Assembly (NCBI GenBank): GCA_945901565.1
Contig: CAMDLG010000001.1
Coordinates: forward strand, 1 to 53,304
Length of the DNA: 53,304 nt
Direction: 5' to 3'
Origin: Bifidobacterium breve
GTDB lineage: Bacteria; Actinomycetota; Thermoleophilia; Solirubrobacterales; Solirubrobacteraceae
Shown: positions 44,345-52,561 of the stretch, piece after piece
How positions within the stretch are numbered: position 1 is the first letter of the stretch
Layout: the number at the start of each line of letters is the position of its first letter
Program-made: the position numbers and the translations under genes
The notes under the pieces: generated by a model
Told to the model about the DNA's origin: nothing
The model's input: the letters and a program-made list of their open reading frames with translations, nothing else
Databases searched by the model: none

Positions 44345-45550
44345 ATGAGCCTAGAGATAAAGCCGGTTGAGACGAAGTCTCAGCGTAAGCAGTTTCTAGA
44401 CTTTCCCTACCGTCTTTACGCCAATCAGCCTACTTGGGTTGCGCCGCTTCGCTTTGAACGGCGTCAGCACATCGACCCGAAGCACAACCCATTCTTCGAG
44501 CATGCCGAGGTTCAGTTCTTTCTCGCCTATCGCGACGGGCGCGTGGTCGGGCGGATCTCGGCCCACGTTGACGACAATCTCAACGAGTTCCAGGACAACA
44601 CGTGGGGTCTTTTCGGCTTCTTCGAATGCGAGGACGACACTGAAGCCGCCACGGCGCTGATAGACGCCGCAGCCCAGTGGAACCGCGAGCGTGGCCGTGA
44701 CCGAATGGTCGGGCCGATGAGCTTCTCGACGAACGACGAGTGTGGGCTGCTGATCGAGGGTTACGAGCTGACGCCGATCATCCTCACGGAGTGGCACTTC
44801 CCGTACTACCGGCGCCTGTTGGAGGAGGCCTGCGGACTGCGCAAGGCGATGGACACTCTGATGTGGGACCTCCACATCTCTGGCAAAGCCGATGTCCACC
44901 CAGCGATCTGGGAGATGGCCGGCAAGGTCGAGAGCGAGCACGGAATTATCTGTAGGCCAATGCGCAAAAAGGAGTTGCAGGCCGAGGTCGGGCGCTTCCT
45001 AGAGGTCTACAACGAAGCCTGGGAGCGAAACTGGGGCTTTGTTCCGTTGAGCGAGGAAGAGGCGCGCGCCTACGCTGAAAATCTCAAGTTCGTACTCGAC
45101 GAAAACTGGGCGATGATCGCGGAGAAGGCCGACACAGGCGAGGTCGTCGGTGCGGCTCTGACTCTGCCCGACTTCAACCAAGCGATCAAGGCTGCCGGCA
45201 ACGGGCGACTGCTGCCATTCGGCTGGCTGAAGATCCTGCGCGCACGCAAGAAGATTGATCGTGTTCGCGTCTTCGCCCTCGGCGTGAAGCGCGACTATCA
45301 GCACGCCGGTGTCGCCGCGCGGCTTTACGAGATGCACTACGAATCGGCCGAATCAACGCCCCAGACCGGCGGCGAGACAGGTTGGATTTTGGAGACCAAC
45401 GAGGCGATGAACCGTGGCATGGAGGGAATGGGCGGAACCGTCATACGCCGCTATCGCTTCTACGAGCGACTACTGGAAGACGCCGCAGCTCCGTCGCTCC
45501 CCGATCAGGATGCATTCCCTTGGCAAACGGCCCCGTCGCATGATCGATGA
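44345..45550 (+). CDS. Large (~400 aa) GNAT-like acyl-CoA N-acyltransferase-fold protein, function unknown
   Basis: MSLEIKPVETKSQRKQFLDFPYRLYANQPTWVAPL...GRISAHVD...FGFFE in the N-terminal half, and VFALGVKRDYQHAGVAARLY (a GNAT motif-A-like acyl-CoA loop) in the C-terminal half. The ATG at 44345 is only 14 nt from the divergent AOS start. Confidence 0.55.
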   Translation: MSLEIKPVETKSQRKQFLDFPYRLYANQPTWVAPLRFERRQHIDPKHNPFFEHAEVQFFLAYRDGRVVGRISAHVDDNLNEFQDNTWGLFGFFECEDDTEAATALIDAAAQWNRERGRDRMVGPMSFSTNDECGLLIEGYELTPIILTEWHFPYYRRLLEEACGLRKAMDTLMWDLHISGKADVHPAIWEMAGKVESEHGIICRPMRKKELQAEVGRFLEVYNEAWERNWGFVPLSEEEARAYAENLKFVLDENWAMIAEKADTGEVVGAALTLPDFNQAIKAAGNGRLLPFGWLKILRARKKIDRVRVFALGVKRDYQHAGVAARLYEMHYESAESTPQTGGETGWILETNEAMNRGMEGMGGTVIRRYRFYERLLEDAAAPSLPDQDAFPWQTAPSHDR

Positions 45551-45573
45551 AACGCGGCTAGTGTTGAGGATCG

Positions 45574-45855
45574 ATGATGCTCGATAACGGAATTTCCAGC
45601 AGTGAAGACGTCCACGCCGCGGAGCAGGTAGATGCGGTCGTAGTCGCAGCCGCGAGCCCACTGCCGGCGCGCCGTTCGGCGGCTGAGTTGGTAGCCACGC
45701 AGGCAGCAGTCGTAGGAGGATCGATCGTCGTCGGAGCAGTCGCCGCATCTCTGGTGTCGCGTCGCCGCGCTAGCCGAAGCGCGCGCAAGCGCAAGAACAA
45801 CAACATCGCTGCTTCGCGGTCATTTCTCGTTGACGTGCACCTTTTGCAGCGCTGA
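45574..45855 (+). CDS. Hypothetical small protein with one hydrophobic segment and a basic tail (weak)
   Basis: 93 aa with one TM-like stretch (AAVVGGSIVVGAVAASLV) followed by RRRASRSARKRK. Codon bias is only moderate and there are competing antisense ORFs. Confidence 0.3.
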   Translation: MMLDNGISSSEDVHAAEQVDAVVVAAASPLPARRSAAELVATQAAVVGGSIVVGAVAASLVSRRRASRSARKRKNNNIAASRSFLVDVHLLQR

Positions 45856-45868
45856 ACGTCTACTGCGC

Positions 45869-46891
45869 CTAGGGGCTCGACTCGGAACCAAGGCCCTCGC
45901 CGGGTAGAAACTCGTTCGTCAAGGCTTGCGCTGTGTCGGCCGGAGCTTTCAGCAACTCGTTGCGCGTCATCCAGTCAGCGAAGCTCTGCCACTGGCGTTG
46001 ATCCTGCCAGCCGAACGGCTTGCGAGCCGAGGGGAATAGGACAGGCAGGGTTGCCTTGACGCTGGCCGCAGCAAAGCGCTTGTTCAGCTTAGGTGCGGCG
46101 GCTCGCAGCGCTCTGACGGCGATTGCAGGGTCGGCTTTAGCGGCCTCGGTGCCGCGCATCAGCGCTCCGATGAATCGGCGGATCATCGCTCCATCGCGTG
46201 AGACGGTGTCGTTCCGCGCGACTAGCACCAGCTCGTCGTATGGAGGTATTCCGGCTCGGTCAACCGGCATCACGCGTGGGTGTTTGTTGCGCAGTCGCAG
46301 CTCTACTGCTTCGATGTTCCAGTAGCCACCGAGCGTCGCGTCGACGCGACCCGAGGTCATTGAGCTAACGAGTTTGAAGCCAACATCCGACCGCTTGATT
46401 GAGCTCGTGTCGACGCCTGCGGAGGAGAGCAGCTGGTCAAGGAAGGCGTCCTGGTAGGGAATCCCAGCAGTACCAATCTTGGCCCCTTCGAGTTTGCGGG
46501 GGTCGACGCTCTTGTCGTCTGTGCTGATCAGTGAGGTCAATGGGCGCTGGACGATCGCCCCGACAGACATGATCGAGGCTCCCTTGTCGCGAGCGATCAG
46601 CAGTTCCGGCTCATACGAGATTGCTAGATCCGCCTTGCCCGCCGTCAGCGCCGTTAGCGGCTCGGATGGGGTCTGCGGCGTCTTGATCTGAAGATCGATC
46701 CCAACTTGCTTGAACTCGTCTTTCAGCTCTGCGGTGTAGATCCCGAGGTGATCGGCGTTAGCGGGGAAGTCGAGCATCAGCGTTACGGTCCGCATCGGTG
46801 CGCTGGTTACGAGGTCCTGCTTCGCGCCGCAGGCTGCGAGCGATGCAGAGAGCGTGACGGCGGCGAGGGCTGCTGCGCTTCGGATCAACAT
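45869..46891 (-). CDS. Lipoprotein ABC substrate-binding protein, NMT1/THI5-like (NitT/TauT family); no cognate permease or ATPase adjacent
   Basis: Lipobox SLAACG. DFPANADHLGIYTA and GYWNIEAV are typical of NMT1-like SBPs. Confidence 0.7.
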   Translation of the reverse strand: MLIRSAAALAAVTLSASLAACGAKQDLVTSAPMRTVTLMLDFPANADHLGIYTAELKDEFKQVGIDLQIKTPQTPSEPLTALTAGKADLAISYEPELLIARDKGASIMSVGAIVQRPLTSLISTDDKSVDPRKLEGAKIGTAGIPYQDAFLDQLLSSAGVDTSSIKRSDVGFKLVSSMTSGRVDATLGGYWNIEAVELRLRNKHPRVMPVDRAGIPPYDELVLVARNDTVSRDGAMIRRFIGALMRGTEAAKADPAIAVRALRAAAPKLNKRFAAASVKATLPVLFPSARKPFGWQDQRQWQSFADWMTRNELLKAPADTAQALTNEFLPGEGLGSESSP

Positions 46892-47247
46892 CAGCTACTC
46901 CGTTCGGTAGTGGTGGCATACGCCGCTGAGGCGAACTGCGGCCTTTGCGGTGCGTTGTGGTGGGTCGCCTGCTTCTTCCCTGATCTGCGTTGTCATCGCT
47001 TCCTCCGCGCCTATTTTCCGCAGTATTTACGGGCTTCTGTCGTGCGACGGGCCGACTTTCGCCGCGACCACTTTTGTGGGGTCAGCATAACGCGGGGTTG
47101 CAGATCTGCTTCATTTGGGTCGCTGCGTGCTACGGTTGACCTTGTCATGTCGCGCATAAGCGCGATGAAAGCAGTGCCAGCGCCCGCACGATTGCCTCAC
47201 AGCATCTCCGCGAGTAAGCAGCACATAACGCCGCGGAGGTTATTTCG

Positions 47248-47451
47248 ATGGCGACTGGAACAGTCAAGTGGTTTAGTGATGAAAAGGGCTTCGGGTTTAT
47301 TACGCCTGATGAAGCCGGTAAGGACCTGTTCGTGCACCACTCAGCGATCATGGGCGAGGGCTACAAGTCCCTAGCCGAAGGCGCAAAGGTGGAGTTCGAA
47401 TCAGAAGAGGGCCCTAAGGGTCCGAGCGCTAAGGACGTGCGCACGATCTAA
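47248..47451 (+). CDS. cspA: Cold-shock protein (CspA family)
   Basis: [21 protein letters not shown]...LFVHHSAI carries the RNP1/RNP2 motifs. GGAGG lies 8 nt upstream. Confidence 0.95.
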   Translation: MATGTVKWFSDEKGFGFITPDEAGKDLFVHHSAIMGEGYKSLAEGAKVEFESEEGPKGPSAKDVRTI

Positions 47452-47458
47452 AGGCCCC

Positions 47459-47490
47459 GTGGCCCTAGTGGCCACACATGGAGTCTTTTC
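47459..47490 (+). terminator. Terminator-like hairpin after cspA
   Basis: GTGGCC-CTAGT-GGCCAC is a perfect 6-bp GC-rich stem (47459-47475). A TCTTTT tract follows about 10 nt downstream. Confidence 0.4.
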
Positions 47491-47548
47491 AACGGGTCGC
47501 CTTCGGGCGGCCCGTTGTCGTTTCGGGGGCTTGAGTAAGATCGCCTCG

Positions 47549-49030
47549 ATGGAGCAGCCGAGCCACGTCGATGTACTGATCATTGGCGCCGGGATCTCCG
47601 GCATCGGCGCAGCCTGCCGGTTGACCGAAGATCTGCCGCAGAAGAGCTACGCGATCCTCGAAGCGCGCGATGCCAGCGGCGGGACGTGGGATCTCTTCCG
47701 CTACCCAGGGGTCCGCTCAGACTCGGACCTCCACACACTCGGCTACCAGTTCAGGCCTTGGATGGGGGAGAACGCGATCGTTGACGGGCCAGAGGTGCTG
47801 GGCTATATCCGCGATACGGCCGCTGAGTACGGCGTTGACGACAAGATCCGCTACGGGCATCAAGTGAATTCGGCTAGCTGGGACAGCGCTGAGGCGATCT
47901 GGGCCGTCGATGTAACTGTCGGTGGCAAACCGGTCACGATGACCTGTGACTGGCTCTTCAGCGCCAGCGGCTACTTCCGTTACGACCGCGGCTACCAGCC
48001 TCACTTTGAAGGTCAGGAGCGATTCAACGGGCAGATCATTCACCCGCAGGATTGGCCCGAGGATCTCGATTACTCGGGCAAGGCTGTCGTCGTCATCGGC
48101 AGCGGCGCGACCGCCGTCACGCTGGTTCCGGCGATGGCCGAGCAGGCCGCCCACGTGACGATGTTGCAGCGCTCGCCCAGCTACGTGATCAGCGTGCCGC
48201 GCAAGGATGCCCTAGCCAATCTGCTAAATCGGCTGCTGCCCGACGACCTCGCATCGAGCATCACGCGTCGCAAGAACATCTGGCGTCAGCGGATCGCCTT
48301 CAAGCTCAGCAAATCGCAGCCGCAGCTAGTCAAGCGCTTCTTGCGCTGGGCGGTTGGGAAGCAGCTACCCGACGATTACGAGATCGATCGCCACTTCGCG
48401 CCGAACTACGATCCGTGGGATCAACGGCTCTGCGCCGTTCCGAGCGGAGATCTCTTCAGGAGTCTCTCGACGGGGGCCTGCTCTGTCGTTACCGATCAGA
48501 TCTCCAGCTTCACGGAGGATGGGATTGAGCTCGTTAGCGGTCAGCGGCTAGAGGCCGACATCGTCGTTACTGCAACGGGGCTCGAGTTGCTCGCACTTGG
48601 CGGCATTGAGTTGAGCGTTGACGGTTCGCAGGTCGATCTGCCCGAAGCGCTCGTCTACAAAGGCGCGATGCTCAGCGAGGTTCCCAACTTCGCCTTCGCG
48701 ATGGGCAACTACAACGTTTCACTAACGCTCAAAGTCGGCCTCGTGATCGACTACGTCTGGCGCCTGATCGGCTACATGGATCGCTGCGGCTTTGCGAAGT
48801 GCACGGCGGTCAACCCCGATCCGTCACAAGAGACGCGTCCGATGCTCGACTTTGGTGCCGGGTACGTCAATCGCTCGCTGCATCTATTCCCGCGTCAAGG
48901 GTCGATCGAACACTGGGAGATGAGCCAAGACCTCGCCCGCGATCAACGCGAGCTCGGTAGCGAACTAACCGCCGATGGCGCGCTCCAGTTTGAGCGCAGC
49001 GCCGACCGCGCCGCCGCTACGGTCGCGTAG
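47549..49030 (+). CDS. Flavin-dependent (Baeyer-Villiger-type, class B) monooxygenase
   Basis: FAD GxGxxG at VLIIGAGISGIGAA, FRYPGVRSDS, the BVMO fingerprint-like FNGQIIHPQDWP, and a second Rossmann motif VVVIGSGATA. The ATG at 47549 is preferred because the ORF-track start at 47459 lies inside the csp terminator hairpin. Confidence 0.8.
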   Translation: MEQPSHVDVLIIGAGISGIGAACRLTEDLPQKSYAILEARDASGGTWDLFRYPGVRSDSDLHTLGYQFRPWMGENAIVDGPEVLGYIRDTAAEYGVDDKIRYGHQVNSASWDSAEAIWAVDVTVGGKPVTMTCDWLFSASGYFRYDRGYQPHFEGQERFNGQIIHPQDWPEDLDYSGKAVVVIGSGATAVTLVPAMAEQAAHVTMLQRSPSYVISVPRKDALANLLNRLLPDDLASSITRRKNIWRQRIAFKLSKSQPQLVKRFLRWAVGKQLPDDYEIDRHFAPNYDPWDQRLCAVPSGDLFRSLSTGACSVVTDQISSFTEDGIELVSGQRLEADIVVTATGLELLALGGIELSVDGSQVDLPEALVYKGAMLSEVPNFAFAMGNYNVSLTLKVGLVIDYVWRLIGYMDRCGFAKCTAVNPDPSQETRPMLDFGAGYVNRSLHLFPRQGSIEHWEMSQDLARDQRELGSELTADGALQFERSADRAAATVA

Positions 49031-50468
49031 CTTCAGGCGCCGTCAAGACCTTGACGAAGTTCTCCAGCTGGGCCGTTGTCCAACACTCGTAGGCCTCGCA
49101 GTACTGCGCGTAGCTGTCGATCACTGAGTCACCGTAGTTCCAGTAAAGCCGGGGCTCCGGGTTTAGCCAGTAGGTGCGGCCGGCTCGGGCGGCAATCTGC
49201 GCGAAAAGGTCGGCTCCGGGTGCGCGGCCGTTGGTGCGCGCATCGCCGAGCACGATAACCGTCGCGCGCGGATGTAACTCGTCCTGGATCTGTTCGAGCA
49301 GCTCTCCCCAGACGCGGCCGTAGTCGGTGTAGCCAGAGATGTCGGCGACACCAGCGTCGCGGGCGATCGCTTCGCTGACCGCTTTGAAGTCGCGTTCGCG
49401 CTCGAATACCTCTGTTACTTCGCTGACTCGTTCGATGAAGACGAACGAGCGCATCTTGCGGAACGAGTCGTGTAGCGCATGCATTACCGAGAGGAAGAAG
49501 ACAGATGCGCTCGTGACGCTCGTTGATACGTCGCAGATCACAAACAGTTCAGGCCTGCGCGGGCGCACGGGGCGGTAGCGCAGTGTGATCGGCACGCCGC
49601 CTGTCTGGAGCGAGGCGCGCATCGTGCGGCGGATGTCCACGTGGGCGTGACGGCGATGGCCGCGGTGTTCCTGCCCTTGCGTCTTGAGGCGCCGTTTCAA
49701 CTGTGTGACGACGCGGTGGACGCTGGCGAGGTCTTGCAGCGGGCCGCTCGGCAGCGCGCGATCAAGCTCATGGAGCGGCCGGGCTGCTGGCAGCGCTTCG
49801 GTTCGCTCGATCTGCTGGCGCTCCAGCTCTTGCCTCAGTAGCTGCTCAAATCGGCGGATTCCGTCGCGGGGCAGCCCTTCCGCGCGTGGATCATCCTGCG
49901 GCATGTCGCCCTGTGGGTCTGTCCGTAGCTCGAGCGAGCGACGAATCCGCTGCACGTCAACGCCGAGCACGCCGGAACCTTCACCAGGCTGCGCGAACGC
50001 CGCAATCGCCAACCGCGCGAGGTCGCGCATCGCCCCCTCATTGCGCTCCGCGATCGCGCGTGCGATCTGTTCACGAAGCGCGTCAATATCGATCTCCGAG
50101 TTGCCTTCACCGTCACCGCTGCCAGCTTCGCCGATGCCGGTTGTGAGAGCGGCGAGCTCGGTGGCGCGGAAAAAGAAGCGTTCGAAGACAAGGTCGAAGA
50201 TCGCGCGGTCTTCAGGTGATTTGGCGAGCGTTGTCGCAAGCGTCTCGCGAAATAGCGTCGGCTCGTCCCAGGCGACTTCGGGCAGGGCGCTAAATGCATC
50301 CAGTAGCTCGCTCGTTCCCAGCGCAACTCCTTCACCGCGCAGCTCCTCGCCAAACTCGACAAGGTGCGCTGTCAGTCCAGCGTCGAGAGGGTTTTCGAGC
50401 GGCTCGGAGAACAGCGCCGCGCGCCGTGATGCTTCGCGCGACGGGCGTTTATCAGGAGGAGGCGGCAC
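49017..50468 (-). CDS. VWA domain protein, CoxE-like
   Basis: 483 aa. The MIDAS context LFVICDVSTSV, the later VIVLGDARTN, and the C-terminal WLNPEP...YGDS...Y fit the VWA_CoxE layout. It overlaps the MoxR gene by 17 nt. Confidence 0.75.
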   Translation of the reverse strand: MPPPPDKRPSREASRRAALFSEPLENPLDAGLTAHLVEFGEELRGEGVALGTSELLDAFSALPEVAWDEPTLFRETLATTLAKSPEDRAIFDLVFERFFFRATELAALTTGIGEAGSGDGEGNSEIDIDALREQIARAIAERNEGAMRDLARLAIAAFAQPGEGSGVLGVDVQRIRRSLELRTDPQGDMPQDDPRAEGLPRDGIRRFEQLLRQELERQQIERTEALPAARPLHELDRALPSGPLQDLASVHRVVTQLKRRLKTQGQEHRGHRRHAHVDIRRTMRASLQTGGVPITLRYRPVRPRRPELFVICDVSTSVTSASVFFLSVMHALHDSFRKMRSFVFIERVSEVTEVFERERDFKAVSEAIARDAGVADISGYTDYGRVWGELLEQIQDELHPRATVIVLGDARTNGRAPGADLFAQIAARAGRTYWLNPEPRLYWNYGDSVIDSYAQYCEAYECWTTAQLENFVKVLTAPEATRP

Positions 50469-51354
50469 TGACGCCGTCCTCTGCGCCGCCGAGCTTGACG
50501 CCTACACGCTCGGCGACGATGTCGATGTCGGTGCGGTGCTTGACGATGATCGACATCGTGTCGTTGAAGGTCTTAGTGTCGATGTCGGTCGCGCCGAGCA
50601 GCAGTAGGGCGCGTGCCCAGTCGATCGATTCGGCAATTGAGGGCGGCTTCTTTAGGTCGAGGTCGCGGACCATCGCTACGACCTCAACGAGGCGGCGGGC
50701 GATCTTCTCATCGAGCTCTGGCGCGTGGAGACGGACAATCTGCAGCTCGTGCTCGAGTGACGGGTAGTCAATCCACAGGTAAAGGCAGCGCCGCTTGAGG
50801 GCTTCTGTCAGCTCGCGTGAATTATTTGAGGTCAGCAAGACGAGCGGCATCGTGCTTGCTTCGATCCGGCCAAGCTCAGGGATCGAGATCTGGAAGTCAG
50901 AGAGCAGCTCTAAGAGCATCGCTTCGAACTCTTGGTCGGTCTTGTCGATCTCGTCGATCAACAGCACAACTGGATCGGGCGAAGCGATCGCTGTCATCAG
51001 CGGCCGCTCGAGTAGGAAGTCCTCACCGAAGATGTCGTCCTGTACCTCCGTCCAGCCGGTGTCCTGCGCCTCAGCCTGGATCCGCAGTAGCTGCTTGCGG
51101 TAGTTCCACTCGTAAAGCGCCTTTGCTTCGTCGAGTCCTTCGTAACACTGCAGCCGCACCAATTCCCGACCAAGCGTATCGGCTAGCGACTTGGCTAGCT
51201 GCGTCTTACCAACGCCGGCTGGGCCCTCAACGAGGATCGGTTTACCGAGCTTGATTGCGAGAAAAGCGACCAACGCGGTCGCCTCGTCGGGAAGGTAGCC
51301 GACGTCGATCAGGCCGGATTCGACTTCGTCTGGACGCTCAGGAGTAGTTGGCAT
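50452..51354 (-). CDS. MoxR-family AAA+ ATPase (CoxD-like)
   Basis: 300 aa. Walker A GPAGVGKT, Walker B VLLIDEIDK and TSNNSRELTEALKRRC (sensor/Arg-finger region) are present. Confidence 0.85.
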   Translation of the reverse strand: MPTTPERPDEVESGLIDVGYLPDEATALVAFLAIKLGKPILVEGPAGVGKTQLAKSLADTLGRELVRLQCYEGLDEAKALYEWNYRKQLLRIQAEAQDTGWTEVQDDIFGEDFLLERPLMTAIASPDPVVLLIDEIDKTDQEFEAMLLELLSDFQISIPELGRIEASTMPLVLLTSNNSRELTEALKRRCLYLWIDYPSLEHELQIVRLHAPELDEKIARRLVEVVAMVRDLDLKKPPSIAESIDWARALLLLGATDIDTKTFNDTMSIIVKHRTDIDIVAERVGVKLGGAEDGVSAASS

Positions 51355-51398
51355 TGTCAGCGGATAATAGTTTGCCCGGGCTGAAGCCTTGCAGCGCG

Positions 51399-52067
51399 CT
51401 AATCGGCCGGCCCTTCATCGGGCGCATCTTCGAACGAAAGTTGACCCTCGAGCGGCTCCTTAGAAACGACCGTCGGGCTGCTCGCAGCGACAGTGCTCAC
51501 AACCGACGTTGGGTCGCCTTCGACCGGCTGTGTGTGTGGGTCATCACCGTCAAGAAGTGGTTCAGGGCGACTCTGGGAGTGCATTCTCCAGCCGGCGTAG
51601 GCGATAACAGCGCCGAGCAGAAAGGCAACGAAGATTCCCCAATCAACTCCTACCGACCCCCACGACGGACTACCGATCGGGCGCAAGACCCCCGAATCGT
51701 TACCGCTAGGCCGGTCGAGCTGACGATAAAAAATTAGGAACATCACCCATCCGCCGGCGACCATCAGGACGATGCCGTCGCCGCCAGGCAGGTGAAATGC
51801 GCGGCGATCGGCGCGCGCTGCGCATAGCGCGATGACGCCGATTGCAACCAGCAAGATTGATGCCTCGACGAAGCCCCAGGACTGGAAAGCGTTGAACGAG
51901 TCGGTTAGCTGCGAAGTTGCAGCGTTGGGGGTCGTGACCGTTCCTGACTGTTGGTACCAGGGCAAGAGCATCGAGAGCATCAAGCCGAGCGCTGCACCGA
52001 CCGCTAAGCGCTGCTCGCTGAAAAGCGATTCCCACGCCTCGCGCAGCCGCGGAGCGGTGTTGCTCAC
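51399..52067 (-). CDS. Hypothetical 4-TM membrane protein with an acidic C-terminal tail
   Basis: The GTG at 52067 overlaps the EVE-gene stop (GTGA). 222 aa. I rejected the ORF-track N-terminal extension to 52271 because it is Arg-rich and lies inside the EVE gene. Confidence 0.55.
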   Translation of the reverse strand: MSNTAPRLREAWESLFSEQRLAVGAALGLMLSMLLPWYQQSGTVTTPNAATSQLTDSFNAFQSWGFVEASILLVAIGVIALCAARADRRAFHLPGGDGIVLMVAGGWVMFLIFYRQLDRPSGNDSGVLRPIGSPSWGSVGVDWGIFVAFLLGAVIAYAGWRMHSQSRPEPLLDGDDPHTQPVEGDPTSVVSTVAASSPTVVSKEPLEGQLSFEDAPDEGPAD

Positions 52068-52528
52068 GCCTTGACGCCGGCCGCCGAGCCCATCCGCTTC
52101 ATCAGCAGGGCTGCGTCGGCGTCGGTGACGGTCCTGAGCTGTCCCTGAAAAGCCAGCTTCCAGTGTTCGGCTGGCCACTTGGCGATGTGTTCGAGGTCGT
52201 CTTTTACGCTCTCTGCCGGGAGCCATTGATTTTCGGCGACGATAAGTTCCGGTTCTGTTTCGCGGCGCCACGGGTAGGGGTCCGGGCTGCCAGGTTTGCC
52301 GGGCCAGACGGGCTCGCGGTCTTCGAAAAGATCTGAAGTAATCAACACAGAGCCGCCGAACGCCATGACTTTCGTCAGGTAGAAGATGATTCGGTCTCCT
52401 ACCTCCATCGACTGAGCTTGCTTGCGTCGACGTTCTTTGAAGCCGATCAGCTTGAAGCCGAGCTCACGCGTGACGGCGAAGTTGTCGGTCGAACCTGTCA
52501 GTACCCAAGTCGTCTGTGTTTCCGCCAT
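52064..52528 (-). CDS. PUA-like EVE-domain protein (COG1673-like)
   Basis: 154 aa. TWVLTGSTDNF...MEVGDRIIFYLTKVMAFGG...YPWRR...HIAKWP follows the EVE/PUA-like beta-barrel pattern. Confidence 0.55.
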   Translation of the reverse strand: MAETQTTWVLTGSTDNFAVTRELGFKLIGFKERRRKQAQSMEVGDRIIFYLTKVMAFGGSVLITSDLFEDREPVWPGKPGSPDPYPWRRETEPELIVAENQWLPAESVKDDLEHIAKWPAEHWKLAFQGQLRTVTDADAALLMKRMGSAAGVKA

Positions 52529-52561
52529 GGCTCCAGTGTACGGAGGTCTGCTGATCGCGCG

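Noticed and set aside
49684-50607. Many long ORFs antisense to or out of frame with strong genes. Examples: 49684-50607 +, 13121-13663 -, 14879-15658 -, 18178-18828 +, 19012-19554 +, 2768-3451 +, 6213-6749 -, 46706-47374 +, 23016-23621 -.
   Set aside because: Their products are Arg/Ala/Ser/Pro-rich with no recognisable motifs, and each is fully overlapped by a gene with clear family signatures. They are GC-driven spurious ORFs.
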